A stretch of DNA of 63,742 nucleotides, the filler included, from Licmophora abbreviata (Eukaryota): NCBI GenBank assembly GCA_900291995.1. It is 11 parts of 11 records of this genome, joined end to end, with 100 filler letters (N's around TTAATTAATTAA, not from the genome) between each part and the next. Parts side by side here need not be neighbours in the genome. Positions count along the whole stretch, not along the records: positions 18,362 to 32,320 come from OLMU01003508.1; positions 32,421 to 33,807 come from OLMU01003509.1; positions 33,908 to 47,365 come from OLMU01003510.1; 8 more parts are not named here. One strand, 5' to 3'. The notes under the pieces were generated by a model, which worked only from the letters and a program-made list of their open reading frames with translations, ran no database searches and was not told the origin of the DNA. Positions 26,474 to 37,683 of this stretch are shown here, in pieces (position 1 is the stretch's first letter; each line of letters starts with the position of its first letter). The translations under genes were made by a program, and so were the position numbers.

Positions 26474-29270
26474 ATGCACTGGTCAAATTATGCGGTCCTC
26501 TTGTCGGTCATCGTGGCAATTGGCACGGCGACCGATGAAAGTCGCGGCACTCCGCCTCCCTTTTTCCTCCAAGATCCCTCGGACTCGCTCTGCCTAGCAG
26601 GCGAACTCTTCAAACGATGCTCCATCGACACGCTTTTCTATGTCACTGGATCTCCTGGTACGTATATACACTTCCATGTAATAGTCAGTCTGGTGGATCT
26701 TTTTGGGAGAAATGCCAAATCGTGTGTCTGACTTGGCATTTCACTTGTTGTTGTGTCTCATATTATACTCAGGGAGCTACCAGATTCATAAGCGCCCTCT
26801 CAAAGAGCCAGAGGATGATCAGGATGATGGCATCTGTCTTTCTAAAAAGTCCTGCAACGACAAGGACGTCTCCAAGGTCATGGACGCCAGGCTGGCCAAG
26901 TGTTCCCACTGCGGCGCCAAGGACTGGAACATCCTCGGCGATGCCGAGACGGGCTACGTCCTGACCCAAGGCGAGGGCGCCACGTGTCTGGTGCGCGAAA
27001 AGGGATCCGACAAGGCCATGACGGCACCCTGCGACGCGGAGGATCTCTCCTACGTACCCCTCCAGCTGCAGTTCGCCTCCGAGTCGGATATTACTGCCAT
27101 GAGCTCGCCTGCCGCTCGACTGATTGGAGCTGCCAGTGATGGAGATAAGAAACAGGTGCAGGCTCTTTTGAAGGAAGAAGGAATGGACGTGCATATTCGA
27201 GACTGGGACGACCTCACGGCCCTCATTCCGGCGGCGTCATCGGGGCATTTGGATATCTGCAAGCTTCTTGTGAAGGAGGGGTGCGATGTCAATGCAAAGG
27301 ACAAGGATGGGATAACGGCATTGATGGAGGCCAGTATAATGGGGCACAACAAAGTGGTCGAGTTTCTGATTGACTCGGGGGCGGAGGTGGATGCGTCGGC
27401 CAACTCGGGAGTGACGGCCTTGTGGCTGGCAGCGGGCGAAGGAAGGATTCAAGTCCTCCACACTTTGTTGAAGAAGGGAGCCGAGGCGAACAATGCCCGA
27501 TTGGATGGAATCACCGCGGTCATGACGGCGAGTCTCGGAGGACACTTGGAGGCCGTTCAGGTGTTGCTGGAAAATGACGCAGATGCCATGGCCGCCGACA
27601 ACGACGGCCTCACGCCGCTCATGAACGCTGCGGAGAATGGAACACTGCCTGTTCTCAAGGCGCTGGTAGAAGCCGCGAAGGACCCGAAGGCGTATATGGA
27701 TACGTTGTCCTCCACTGGATTTAACGCCATTACGATTGCTGCTGCTCACGGCAAAGCCGACGTTATTGAGTATCTCTTGGAGGCGGGGGCTGATGTGAAT
27801 ATTGTCAGCGAGAATAATGTCACGCCCCTCATGTACGCAGCTGCCGCCGATCATATTGATGCGATGACAGTATTGATTGACAAGGGCAAGGTTGATCTGG
27901 ATGCCGCGCATACGAATGGGGGAACGGCTCTTCTGGAAGCCACGACGGGCGGAGCGACCAAGGCAATCAAGCTTTTGATCGAAAAGGGGGCCAAGTTCGA
28001 TTTCTTCGATCTGGACGGTGTCACCCCCCTCATGGCAGTTGCATCTCAGGGTGACTTTGAGGGCCAAAGTATTATCGTGGAGAGCTTGAAAAGCAGCAAG
28101 TCTGCAGATGAGGTTACGAAACACATCAATGTGGCATCGTATTCGGGCGGTACTGCCGTCATGTTTGCCGCAGCAGCAGGAAAATATGATTGCATGAAGC
28201 AACTGATTGAAAACGGGGCCGACGTGAAAGCGATCGCCAAGGCAACACCAGATTATCTGGAAAAGTACCTGCAGATGGTCGAAGAGGGCACCGTGCAGGA
28301 AGAAGACCCCCACGTGGACGGCGTCACGGCGCTGCATGTCGCTGCTCAGGGCGGTCACTTGGAATGCGTGACTGCCCTCATCGAAGCTGGAGCGGATGTC
28401 AAGGTCTTGGACGAAGAAGAGCGCTCTTCATTGCTGCTTGCAATCAAAGGAAATCACGCCGAAGTTGCGAGTGCACTTGTCCGTGCGGGTGCCGATCCCA
28501 GCACACCTTATGTTGACGAGGACGGTGCGTCTCACAATCTCCTGATGGATGCTATCACGGTCGAAAACGAAGAGTTTGCGTCGCTCCTGATTGCAAACGG
28601 TGCCGATTTGTATCACAAGGACGAGAAGCAGGTTACCACTTTGCTCCAGGCAAGCCATCGTGGATTGGTGGGGGTTGTGAAGCTTCTTCTCGAAAAGCAT
28701 TCGGCATCGGGAAAATCTGGATATCTGGACGACCCGAGTGATGAAGGCATCTCACCCATGATTGCCGCCGCATCGGAAGGCCATCTAGAAGTCGTTAAAA
28801 TGTTGGCTGCGGCTGGAGCGAGTGTCGACGCCGTTGACAAGGACGGAACAACGGCTCTGATGGCGGCATCAGCGAGAGGCCACGCAGACGCAGTCGAAGC
28901 TCTCATCAAGGCGGGGGCCAAGATCAATGAACAGAACACAGACGGTCACACGGCACTGATGTTTGCGTACAATGGAAAGAATCAGGTTGAGACACTGTGG
29001 GAGCGATACAGTCAATTCGTAGCAGAAAGTGCCAGCGACGACTCGGAACCCGCGGACGATGGCGGCACTGGTCCCATTATTCGCGAGGCGCTTGATAACC
29101 ATACATCCCTCGTGGATCTTCTACTGAAGAGTGGTGCCGATACATCTTTGAAGGACAAGGAGGGTCATGCTGCATCAGACTTTGACTTCCACCCCGACGC
29201 GGATGCCGACGTCCTTGCCAAGGAGGCCATGGCAAAGAAGATGCGCGAAGGAAGCACAAATGAACTGTAG
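26474..29270 (+). CDS. Secretory-pathway ankyrin-repeat protein with Cys-rich N-terminal domain and C-terminal TNEL, 2 exons
   Basis: Signal peptide MHWSNYAVLLSVIVAIGTA; intron 26658-26772; many G.T[AP]L..AA..G repeats; ends STNEL*. Confidence 0.88.
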
Positions 29271-29609
29271 CTAGAATTTTAAATTTGCCTGACATCACCA
29301 ATCGCCTGAGTTCATATCGCGTAATACCGATTGCACACTCCTTTGTGCACGCCTGCAGTACTAGATCGTAAACGAAGTAAATTGATGTGAACTTGGATCA
29401 TTCCTCGGTTTGCGAGCGATTTCCAGGGCTTGCCTCTCGTATCACGCTTTCTACATAGAGTGTAGACCGCCAACTGGCGTGTAGCGTACGACCCGTCCTC
29501 TCGACAAACTTCTCCCGACTATGATGCTGCTTCCAACGAGGAGGCTTGTCGTTTCTAGATCGTGTTAACTCTAACAGCTGACATATACAATAATACCACT
29601 CCATCAGAA

Positions 29610-30185
29610 TCAAAGTACAACGCATCCACACCCCGCCTCCGCACCACTGCCTTTGGATCGTTTGTACTGCTTCTTGTAACCTTCCAAATAAATCAGTTGC
29701 TTTTCATTGACAGCACCCCGCCGATGTTTTCGAATCATAGCCACCGCCTCAACTGGATCCATATTGGCAAATTCAATCAAGGCAATCGCCACCAAAACCG
29801 GCGCTCGTCCCAAGCCAGCCACACAGTGCACTGCAATCGTCCCACCGTCTCCAGCTCCACTAAGAAAGAAGGTTTGTTCCACCAGCTGCAACCACTGCTC
29901 CAGCACATGCTTGGGCGGCGAGTGTCCATCTTCGTATGCCATTTCATGCAGCCCAATCCCCGCACTCTGCAATTCCCCCCCACCGTGATAGGTCGGTTCG
30001 CACACCCGGACACAGTCCGTGACGGAATGCTTGCGCATTTCCTTAATGTAGAGGTGCAGATTGGCTTGACGCGGAGCGTCCATGATGAGAAAGCGCATGG
30101 GAGGGGAAACAATCAGCGTGGGCTTGGAACCAATCATCATGGTGTTGTTGTTGTTGTTGCTGGAGCGAGCCATGCTTTCTACCAT
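29610..30185 (-). CDS. PTP4A: PRL/PTP4A-type prenylated protein tyrosine phosphatase
   Basis: RFLIMDAP, VRVCEPTY, catalytic HCVAGLGR, RRGAVNEKQL and C-terminal CAAX (CVVL). Start codon is ambiguous. Confidence 0.93.
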   Translation of the reverse strand: MVESMARSSNNNNNTMMIGSKPTLIVSPPMRFLIMDAPRQANLHLYIKEMRKHSVTDCVRVCEPTYHGGGELQSAGIGLHEMAYEDGHSPPKHVLEQWLQLVEQTFFLSGAGDGGTIAVHCVAGLGRAPVLVAIALIEFANMDPVEAVAMIRKHRRGAVNEKQLIYLEGYKKQYKRSKGSGAEAGCGCVVL

Positions 30186-31456
30186 TTTTGCAGTAAAAGA
30201 CGAGACGGTAGTACTGAGGCGGCTCGCGGACGCGACAAGCTCGTTTTCTCTGTACGACTCTCTAGAGCAGGTTCTGGCTAGTAGCCTTTCTCAAGCTAGA
30301 AGTGACAGAGGTGGTGCTGGTCTGAGAGCACCCGAGCCCTTGTGTAGCAGAATATGGGACCGGGAGGAAGCGAGAACAAGAGGCAGCAACAAGAGACCCA
30401 GATTGGCGTTTCCCATCGGGAAGACAGTGAATACAGAATAGGAAGAATCACAATCCACGCAAAAGAGAGAAAAAAAGAGTTCTTGATTTTTTGTGACGTG
30501 TGTGTGTGTGTGAATCAATCGCAAGCCGAAAAAGGGGACAGCACCGACAACACTTTCCCAAGAGAAAAAGGTAAACTCGTGAAAGAACGTGAGTATAGAG
30601 AAAGGAAATCAGAAATACGCGCCAATGCTTGCTCTAGACCAGAACCTCTGTACGGGATGGGCTATCTCTCTCTTTGTCCGAACTGCCAACGGGTCCACGT
30701 TGAAGCAAACAACGAGAGCCGCGAAAATGGATGTTGAATGTGTGCGCGCATGTTTTCGTGACGATGACGAGACATCATCCTCGTCTATTATGTGCGCGTG
30801 CAGGCTTGCAAGAGGAATCTTTTCTAGTAAGGCACGCACAATGGTGTTCGTCCATGTCCGTTGAGAGAATGACAATCTTGTTACATGCATATATGATTTT
30901 AGATATTTATTTATTTAGAAAAGTAGCAAGAGTGCTGGTTTGGAAACGATTTGCCTGCGGCTCTACATAAGAAGCTCGTATCGTACCTCCTAGAGTGAAA
31001 TAGGTACCACTGTAGCTCTACTTACTCGTATCATAGCTCTAGCCAGAGAGCTCTTCCGCAATTGGCAAGGAGCAGATTGTTGTGGCACGGGACCAGAGTT
31101 GATATTCTCGCGTGACGGAAGCGTCAGACATGCTGCAAGTCAGCATCCTCGTGTGGGGGATGATGTACACCTGCGGAACGACGTCGCTTCACACTAGGAC
31201 GAATGCAATACAGGGGAATTGGATTGATTCAAAACTCGCTCGAGCAAACTAAAACTAAATTAACGAGACTTTCTAATAGGTGAAACGTCGACAAGACATG
31301 TACTTGGTTCATGAGATCAGACAGCAACGACTGTTCCCGCCAACGAGCAGCGCTTTTACCAACGTTCGAGTCAGTCTACTCCGTGGCATGTGTACTTAGT
31401 AGAAACCCCCTCCCCATGACAAGCGTCCAGCGTCCGACGGCACTTCCAAGAGGCTG

Positions 31457-32224
31457 CTATTTCGCCGTCTTGAGCTTTTCGATTTCACTGTCTTTTGCTC
31501 TAAGAATCTCCACCAGGTTATTCACGTTGCCATGCGTCTGTTGGAGTTCCTCGTAAATCTTGTCGTGTCGCTGCTGGAGTTCCTGGTTGATAACGTCGCT
31601 CTTTCGGAGAAGTTCGAGGAGTTCGTTGTTTTTGTCGTGTGTCTGCTGGAGCTCTTCGTTGACAGTGTCGCTCTTCCGGAGAAGTTCGTCATTGACAGCG
31701 TCGCTCTTCCGGAGAAGTTCCACGAGTTCCTTGTTTTTGTCGTGTGTCTGCTGGAGCTCCTTGTTCACTTGCTGAAGCTCTTCTTGCATTTTCTCCTCAT
31801 ACTCTTCTTTCTTTTGTAACACGCCCAAGACTTTGGCGACCTCTTCATGTTTCTGCTTGAGTTCCTGGTCGAGCTCCACCAGGCCTTTCTCCGCCCGTTC
31901 TTTCTTGAGCTGCTTGACCTCGCCCTCTTTGATCCTGAGGATCTCTACGAGTTCCTCAATCTTGCCATTCTCCTTCTGGACATTCTCCTCAGCGATGGAA
32001 CAGTCTCTATCCTTTCTGTAAAAATGCAGAGCCGAGTAGAGAAGCACAACGCAAAAGATGGCCAACCATGTGGAGCCGCGCTTGAAGTGCTTCACAATGT
32101 ACGGAACAGGAGACCCGCTGCGATTCTTCTTGCTAATTTCCGGTGGCGAAGAGTAGGAGTTGGTGCCCACGCTGCCATTGGTATAGCTGGGTACAGCATT
32201 CTTGCCTTTGCCGGGACGCAACAT
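31457..32224 (-). CDS. Type II membrane coiled-coil protein with internal tandem repeats
   Basis: TM WLAIFCVVLLYSALHFY, then repeated QQTHDKN.EL.ELLRKSD..N.EL units that are also visible at DNA level (~31530-31770). Confidence 0.65.
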   Translation of the reverse strand: MLRPGKGKNAVPSYTNGSVGTNSYSSPPEISKKNRSGSPVPYIVKHFKRGSTWLAIFCVVLLYSALHFYRKDRDCSIAEENVQKENGKIEELVEILRIKEGEVKQLKKERAEKGLVELDQELKQKHEEVAKVLGVLQKKEEYEEKMQEELQQVNKELQQTHDKNKELVELLRKSDAVNDELLRKSDTVNEELQQTHDKNNELLELLRKSDVINQELQQRHDKIYEELQQTHGNVNNLVEILRAKDSEIEKLKTAK

Positions 32225-32459
32225 GGTCCACCGCAACAGAATAGCAATGCACCACCAACAACAAGTGAAATGCACTGCAACGCTCCGAATTTTGGATGAA
32301 GATATGCCTTCGCGCGCTTTNNNNNNNNNNNNNNNNNNNNNNNNNNNNNNNNNNNNNNNNNNNNTTAATTAATTAANNNNNNNNNNNNNNNNNNNNNNNN
32401 NNNNNNNNNNNNNNNNNNNNTGATTCTACCTTGAATTTCAAAACTGTACTAGAGACCTT

Positions 32460-33539
32460 CTAACTCATCATTTCTTCATCTGTCTTGCACACTGGTAGAC
32501 CACGGCGGGCGATCTCTGCTACCATTGCAGTTGAAAAGTTCAAGGTAGCGGCCCTCTGCATTCGAGCTTCATGCTGCTGTCGAAAGAAGAATGCAGCGCT
32601 ACCCCACTCGTCTCCTCGTTGCTGACGCTCCACGCGTCCCCAGTACTCGCTCTCATGCAACCAGGATTGTCCAGAGTTCACAAAGCTCGGGGGTACGCCT
32701 GGGGACAATGGGACAGCCTTTCTGAGGTTCGTAGTCTGGCAGGCCAGGTCGCCTTTCATTGTAGGTGATTCAGATTGAAGATTCGACTTGTCTGTCATGG
32801 TCTTCGAGCGTAAGGAAGATTCAAGACCAGTATCCATTGTGAGCAACGACCTCTCGCCATTGGCCAACACGACGGCAGGAAGGGGATCATTTCGCACTGG
32901 CCTCATGGCGAGTGGACCGAGGCACTTAATCTCCCTACAGCTCTTCCAGTTGTCTCGTTCAAAGAGTGGGTGATAAAAGATGTCGATGGCACAGCGGACG
33001 CCCGGTAAGCGTTCGCGAAGACACTCGAATCCCCACCGGAGAAGCTTCTGTGAGAATGAGCCGTACCCTCGAACGCCAAAGTATACCGGCATTACTTCGA
33101 CACGAAACTTCTTAATATTAATGATGGCAAAGTGTTTTCCATCCGGAAGGAAACGGATGATATCTTCAAACTTCTCATGTTCGAGAAGCTCCATCAACTT
33201 CACGGCGAACGAAGCTCCGCCTCCGGCATTTTGTTTGGAACGATTTATGTTTGGACACTTGAGCGAACTGGCGGAGACACATTCTACGTCGTTTGCCTGA
33301 CCTCTCTTCTTCTTAGTGATCTTCTTTGACAATGCTGGGGAAGCCTCCAGGACTCCTTCGAGATCTGGCGTCGATATCCGACCGACAATTGCTTCGCCTC
33401 GCTCCTTCCTTTTGTCGTTCTTGTTAGCAGACTTACGTTCGGTTTCTACTTCTAGTAAGCGAGCGGATGCAGCCTCAGTGAGGGCAAGGAGTGCTTTGAA
33501 TGGATCAATTGCAGACATATCGATGTTGTGCTTTCGCAT
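32460..33539 (-). CDS. Heat-shock-factor (HSF) DNA-binding domain protein
   Basis: FAVKLMELL...IIRFLPDGKHFAI...SFSQKLLRWGF...FYHPLF. Confidence 0.85.
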   Translation of the reverse strand: MRKHNIDMSAIDPFKALLALTEAASARLLEVETERKSANKNDKRKERGEAIVGRISTPDLEGVLEASPALSKKITKKKRGQANDVECVSASSLKCPNINRSKQNAGGGASFAVKLMELLEHEKFEDIIRFLPDGKHFAIINIKKFRVEVMPVYFGVRGYGSFSQKLLRWGFECLRERLPGVRCAIDIFYHPLFERDNWKSCREIKCLGPLAMRPVRNDPLPAVVLANGERSLLTMDTGLESSLRSKTMTDKSNLQSESPTMKGDLACQTTNLRKAVPLSPGVPPSFVNSGQSWLHESEYWGRVERQQRGDEWGSAAFFFRQQHEARMQRAATLNFSTAMVAEIARRGLPVCKTDEEMMS

Positions 33540-34119
33540 CGGTGTGCAGGTCTGGCTTTTCGTGAGAGCGGGCGAAGAAGTGACCTCGCAAGTTTGCCTC
33601 GTGTCACGGCCTTCGAGATGGCCAAACAAACAATCCAGACGATTGCGAGAGTATTATTTAACAGCATCTCAACTCGTGAACGCAAATTGTCATATCTACC
33701 CTTTTTTGCTCCCGTTCTATCGTACCAGTATATGTATTACTTAGGTTGTGAAATATATTTATTAAATAATATTCTAGACAGCCTCTGAAAGCGTGAGCAT
33801 GGACGGGNNNNNNNNNNNNNNNNNNNNNNNNNNNNNNNNNNNNNNNNNNNNTTAATTAATTAANNNNNNNNNNNNNNNNNNNNNNNNNNNNNNNNNNNNN
33901 NNNNNNNCTCTCGAGACCTTCAACCAAGTTGCGAAGTTCCCGATAGTTCGACGATGATTCCTGTTCCAGCGTGAATCGATTTCGAGAGGGTATCTCTCTT
34001 TCCGAAATAGTTCAACAAAAAGGCTTCCTTTATTACTTCTCACTCTTTTGACAGGTTAGCCGACAACCAACGTCGACACCATCTCGCCCCGCAAGAGCGC
34101 TCTCATCTTCACTCCTACC

Positions 34120-35576
34120 ATGAAGCTCTCCAGTGTGATAGCGATTCTCCCCACTCTTGCCGGCATGGCGTCCGCCAGTGACTGGACCAGCGAGCCCAGT
34201 TTCTCAATGGCCCCATCTTATTTGAAGACGGCTCCTCCGGAACCAACTCCACCACCTGTAACAGCTGAACCCAGTTTCAGTATGGCGCCGACGATGATCA
34301 AAGAAACTCCGCCCGCCTCCTGTGAACAAAGGAAGATCTGTGAGTACTTCGATTACACACCGGGAGGAGACAAGGTCGCACACGGCACATTCGTTAGCGA
34401 CGAGTGGTATTCCCTCGGCTTTTTCATCACCGCAGCGTCCGACGACGGAGGATACACGCCAACGGCAAAGCTCGAATCATGGACACCGCTCATCCTGGAT
34501 CCGACAAGGACCTTGGTAGTCCCAACAAGAAGTGTCCGGGTGGTGGGCCTGGCGAGGGAGATGGAGGTGTACCTGGAACGAAGGGTGAGAATTGCCACTA
34601 CGAAGGCAACGTCGTAATTATCCAAGAAGAGTCGGACCGTGATGTTGATGACAATGCCTACGGTGGAAGCCTTACCTTCACTTTTATCAAGTCGGTCACA
34701 GTCCTGTCCATGGGAATCATGGACCTTGACTATGGTGAGAGCGGTGACCTCACGTTCGACTACTACGGCGAAAAGAAGTCCTACATCCATCCGTTGAATG
34801 GCTATGGTGACAACTCTGTTCAAGATATCGCCATTGACCAAGACTATGTCAAGAGCATGACCTACAACATTGACCATTCGGGTGCCATCCGATACATCTG
34901 CTTTTGTGACTCCGAAGAAGACTCGACCACCACTCCTCCTCCACCTCCTCCGCCGACGGTTCCTTCAGGAGAAATTTGCGTCGACTTTTCATCTGACGCC
35001 TATGGAAAATCCCTTCAGCACGGCGACTACGTCAGTGACGAGTGGTCTCCATATGGATTGACCATTACTGTATACCCTGGCGAAGGCGGCTACGCTCCCC
35101 ACGGCCAGGGACGTATCATGGACACAGCAACACCAGGAAGTGACGCAGACCTCGGAAGTCCTAACGAGAAGTGCCCAGGCGGCGGACCTGGTAAGGGTAT
35201 TGGAGGATGGCCGACAGCTCACGGTGCAAACTGTGAATACCAAGGCAAGGTTCTCATCATCCAAGAAGAGACGGACCGTGATGTTGACGACAACGCATAC
35301 GGTGGCTCCATCAAGTTCAGTTTCTCATACGAGGCCACCATCAAGTCCATGGGCCTAATGGATCTCGACAATGGAGGCTCCGCTAATATTGACATCCAGA
35401 AAGCTGGTGGATACTGGCAACCCAACATGCCCATCTACGGTCTTGGCGACAACTCTATCCAGGATGTGACATTCTCGTACGAGACAGGTGTGTCCAGTCT
35501 CCAGTTGAACGTCGCCATGTCCGGCGCCGTCCGTTACCTCTGTTACAGCTTGGACACAAGCTCCCCTGTTCACTAA
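34120..35576 (+). CDS. Secreted protein with two tandem copies of a Gly/Asp-rich domain; 1-nt frameshift at ~34460
   Basis: Signal peptide and Pro-rich EPSFSMAP repeats. Two copies of HG.[FY]VSDEW...RIMDTA.PGSD.DLGSPN.KCPGGGPG.G.GG...NC.Y.G.V.IIQEE.DRDVDDNAYGG. Copy 1 switches frame at GGYTP|NGKARIMD. Confidence 0.8.
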
Positions 35577-36144
35577 GTGATCCACAGCGGAAGAACTTTT
35601 GGCCTCAAGTGAATGGCACTAGCCGGAAGCCGAGGCGACATCATGGGAGGTGACCACCCCGTCGCGTTGCATGTCTACTGCATTCGAAAAATAAATAAAT
35701 AAAATAGCCTTGACTATTCGTAAACACCAACGCTCCCCTAGCTAATAGGACTGGTACTGCGCCCCGCGCCCTCACAGAACTAGTGCTATGTACTTCCGAT
35801 TAGAGCGGGAAAACAGAAGAATGGCAGCCTCGTCCGTTGGAGGGCCATCCATACAACCATGGCCGGTAGGAACGTGAGAGATGCCAGTGTTATCTGTGCC
35901 AAACCACCTACCGGCAACAATGTCACGGATCTGAATTCGCCTCATCAAATGATCGAATGAATCGAATCAATTCAATCTCTAAGAATTCGACCTGCTCGTC
36001 CAGCGCGATGACATTTTGGAATGACCCAACTGAGAAAATATCAATCGTAGACCGCGGTATTGTTCCTACACATCGGCATCGATGACCTAGAAACTGAAAT
36101 GAACTTTCGATGCGTGATTTTGTGAGTGATTGCATTGGTCCACG

Positions 36145-37428
36145 ATGACGAGCAGTATGAAAGAGCCACCGGGGACCATGCTTAGCAGCCCTGGCAATGC
36201 GAATGCCCTCGTCATGGGCGGAGAAGCATCGGAAGGGGATTCGATGGACAACGGGGAGACGTGTCCCGGTCACCGGTCGTTTCACAGCGGCCTCTCGGCG
36301 CTCTTGAATGCTGTAACCCTTCAGCTCACCGAGAAGGCAGACGAAGACGACGGACATCACGCTACTCGATCCTCCTCAGCGGACTCGAGCGACACCTACT
36401 ACACAGATCGATATACCAGTCACATAGAGACGAACGGATCCGCCTCCTCACCCACGACGACGCCCGCCATTGTCCCTGAAAGCCACTTGAGTGTCAAAGG
36501 ATCTTTCCCTGGTGTTCTAATGACTCTCTTGCTGAACCCCCAAAACGCTGAGGTTCTAACCTTTCTGCCCGATGGTAAGTTCTTTGTCATCGACTTGGAT
36601 CAGTTCTCAGTGAAACTTATGAAGAAGCACTTCAATGTCGACACCTTCGACGACTTCCTGTCGAAACTCGCGACGGCGGGCTTCTCACGGATCGACACGG
36701 ACCGTGACGGCATTGAGGTCTTTCGCCACCCGCTCTTTCAAAAGGGGGAATGGGAAAAGTGTGCAAGACTACTGAACGTGGAGGAAATCGACGGCAGCAA
36801 GTCATGTCCTCCACTTCCATTGCCGCCATCTCATCATATCACATCAGACCTCAACCGGACAACGTTCCGTGAGAGCGCAGCGAAGCGACGACTGTCGCCA
36901 AATCACGTTAAGAAGCTAGAATCCAAGCCTTCTCCCTCTTACCAGAAGCCAAGGATACATTTAGATGACGTCCGGTCACCCAACAGTGACCCGCCAAGCA
37001 GTCCTGATGTCGAATCATCCGGCGAGACTAGTACTCCATCCCAGGCCAGGACATCACCTGACGGCGATTGTCGAGATCGGGCCCAGTCCATCACGGCTCA
37101 CAAGATGAGTCTCGAAGAAGTGGACTCAAAAGAGACAGTGCTTGAGGAACAAGCCGTGGTTGATGCAACCCGCACGATTGTCTCTGATGCCATTGAAACT
37201 TTGCTAAGAGATGAACATCACACTCGACAAACCTTTCTCAAACATGAGGAGACATTGTCGAAGTCTTCGATACCCGGAGTCGTTCCAATCGCCAAGCAGC
37301 TCTTCTCATCCAAGCGCGAAGACACGCCATCGACCGACAGCTTTGGGCCGGAAACTCCCGCAACACTCATATCTCCGGACACTCAGACCGGGGTTGTGCC
37401 AGGACCGACTATCAAGGAGACTAGCTAG
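36145..37428 (+). CDS. Divergent HSF DNA-binding domain protein
   Basis: FPGVLMTLL...LTFLPDGKFFVI...FLSKLATAGF...FRHPLFQKG. Confidence 0.8.
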   Translation: MTSSMKEPPGTMLSSPGNANALVMGGEASEGDSMDNGETCPGHRSFHSGLSALLNAVTLQLTEKADEDDGHHATRSSSADSSDTYYTDRYTSHIETNGSASSPTTTPAIVPESHLSVKGSFPGVLMTLLLNPQNAEVLTFLPDGKFFVIDLDQFSVKLMKKHFNVDTFDDFLSKLATAGFSRIDTDRDGIEVFRHPLFQKGEWEKCARLLNVEEIDGSKSCPPLPLPPSHHITSDLNRTTFRESAAKRRLSPNHVKKLESKPSPSYQKPRIHLDDVRSPNSDPPSSPDVESSGETSTPSQARTSPDGDCRDRAQSITAHKMSLEEVDSKETVLEEQAVVDATRTIVSDAIETLLRDEHHTRQTFLKHEETLSKSSIPGVVPIAKQLFSSKREDTPSTDSFGPETPATLISPDTQTGVVPGPTIKETS

Positions 37429-37683
37429 AAGCGCAACAGCCGTACAATTACAGTGTACACGGTACTATTGAGGGGTTACATTTCAAATTGAGTATCGTAC
37501 GTTTGGGTAGACCAAATGCCCGTATCGTAGCTTTATGCAAATAGATGACGTCGGCGACCTACTTCGGCGCACATGGACGACTCCAAAACTTTCAAGTCGA
37601 TAAGCACCAGATAGTTCTCGTAGAACACGCTCTACCTAAATCGATATGAAAATGAAGCCGCTCCTACAACTTGCAGATCCTAC

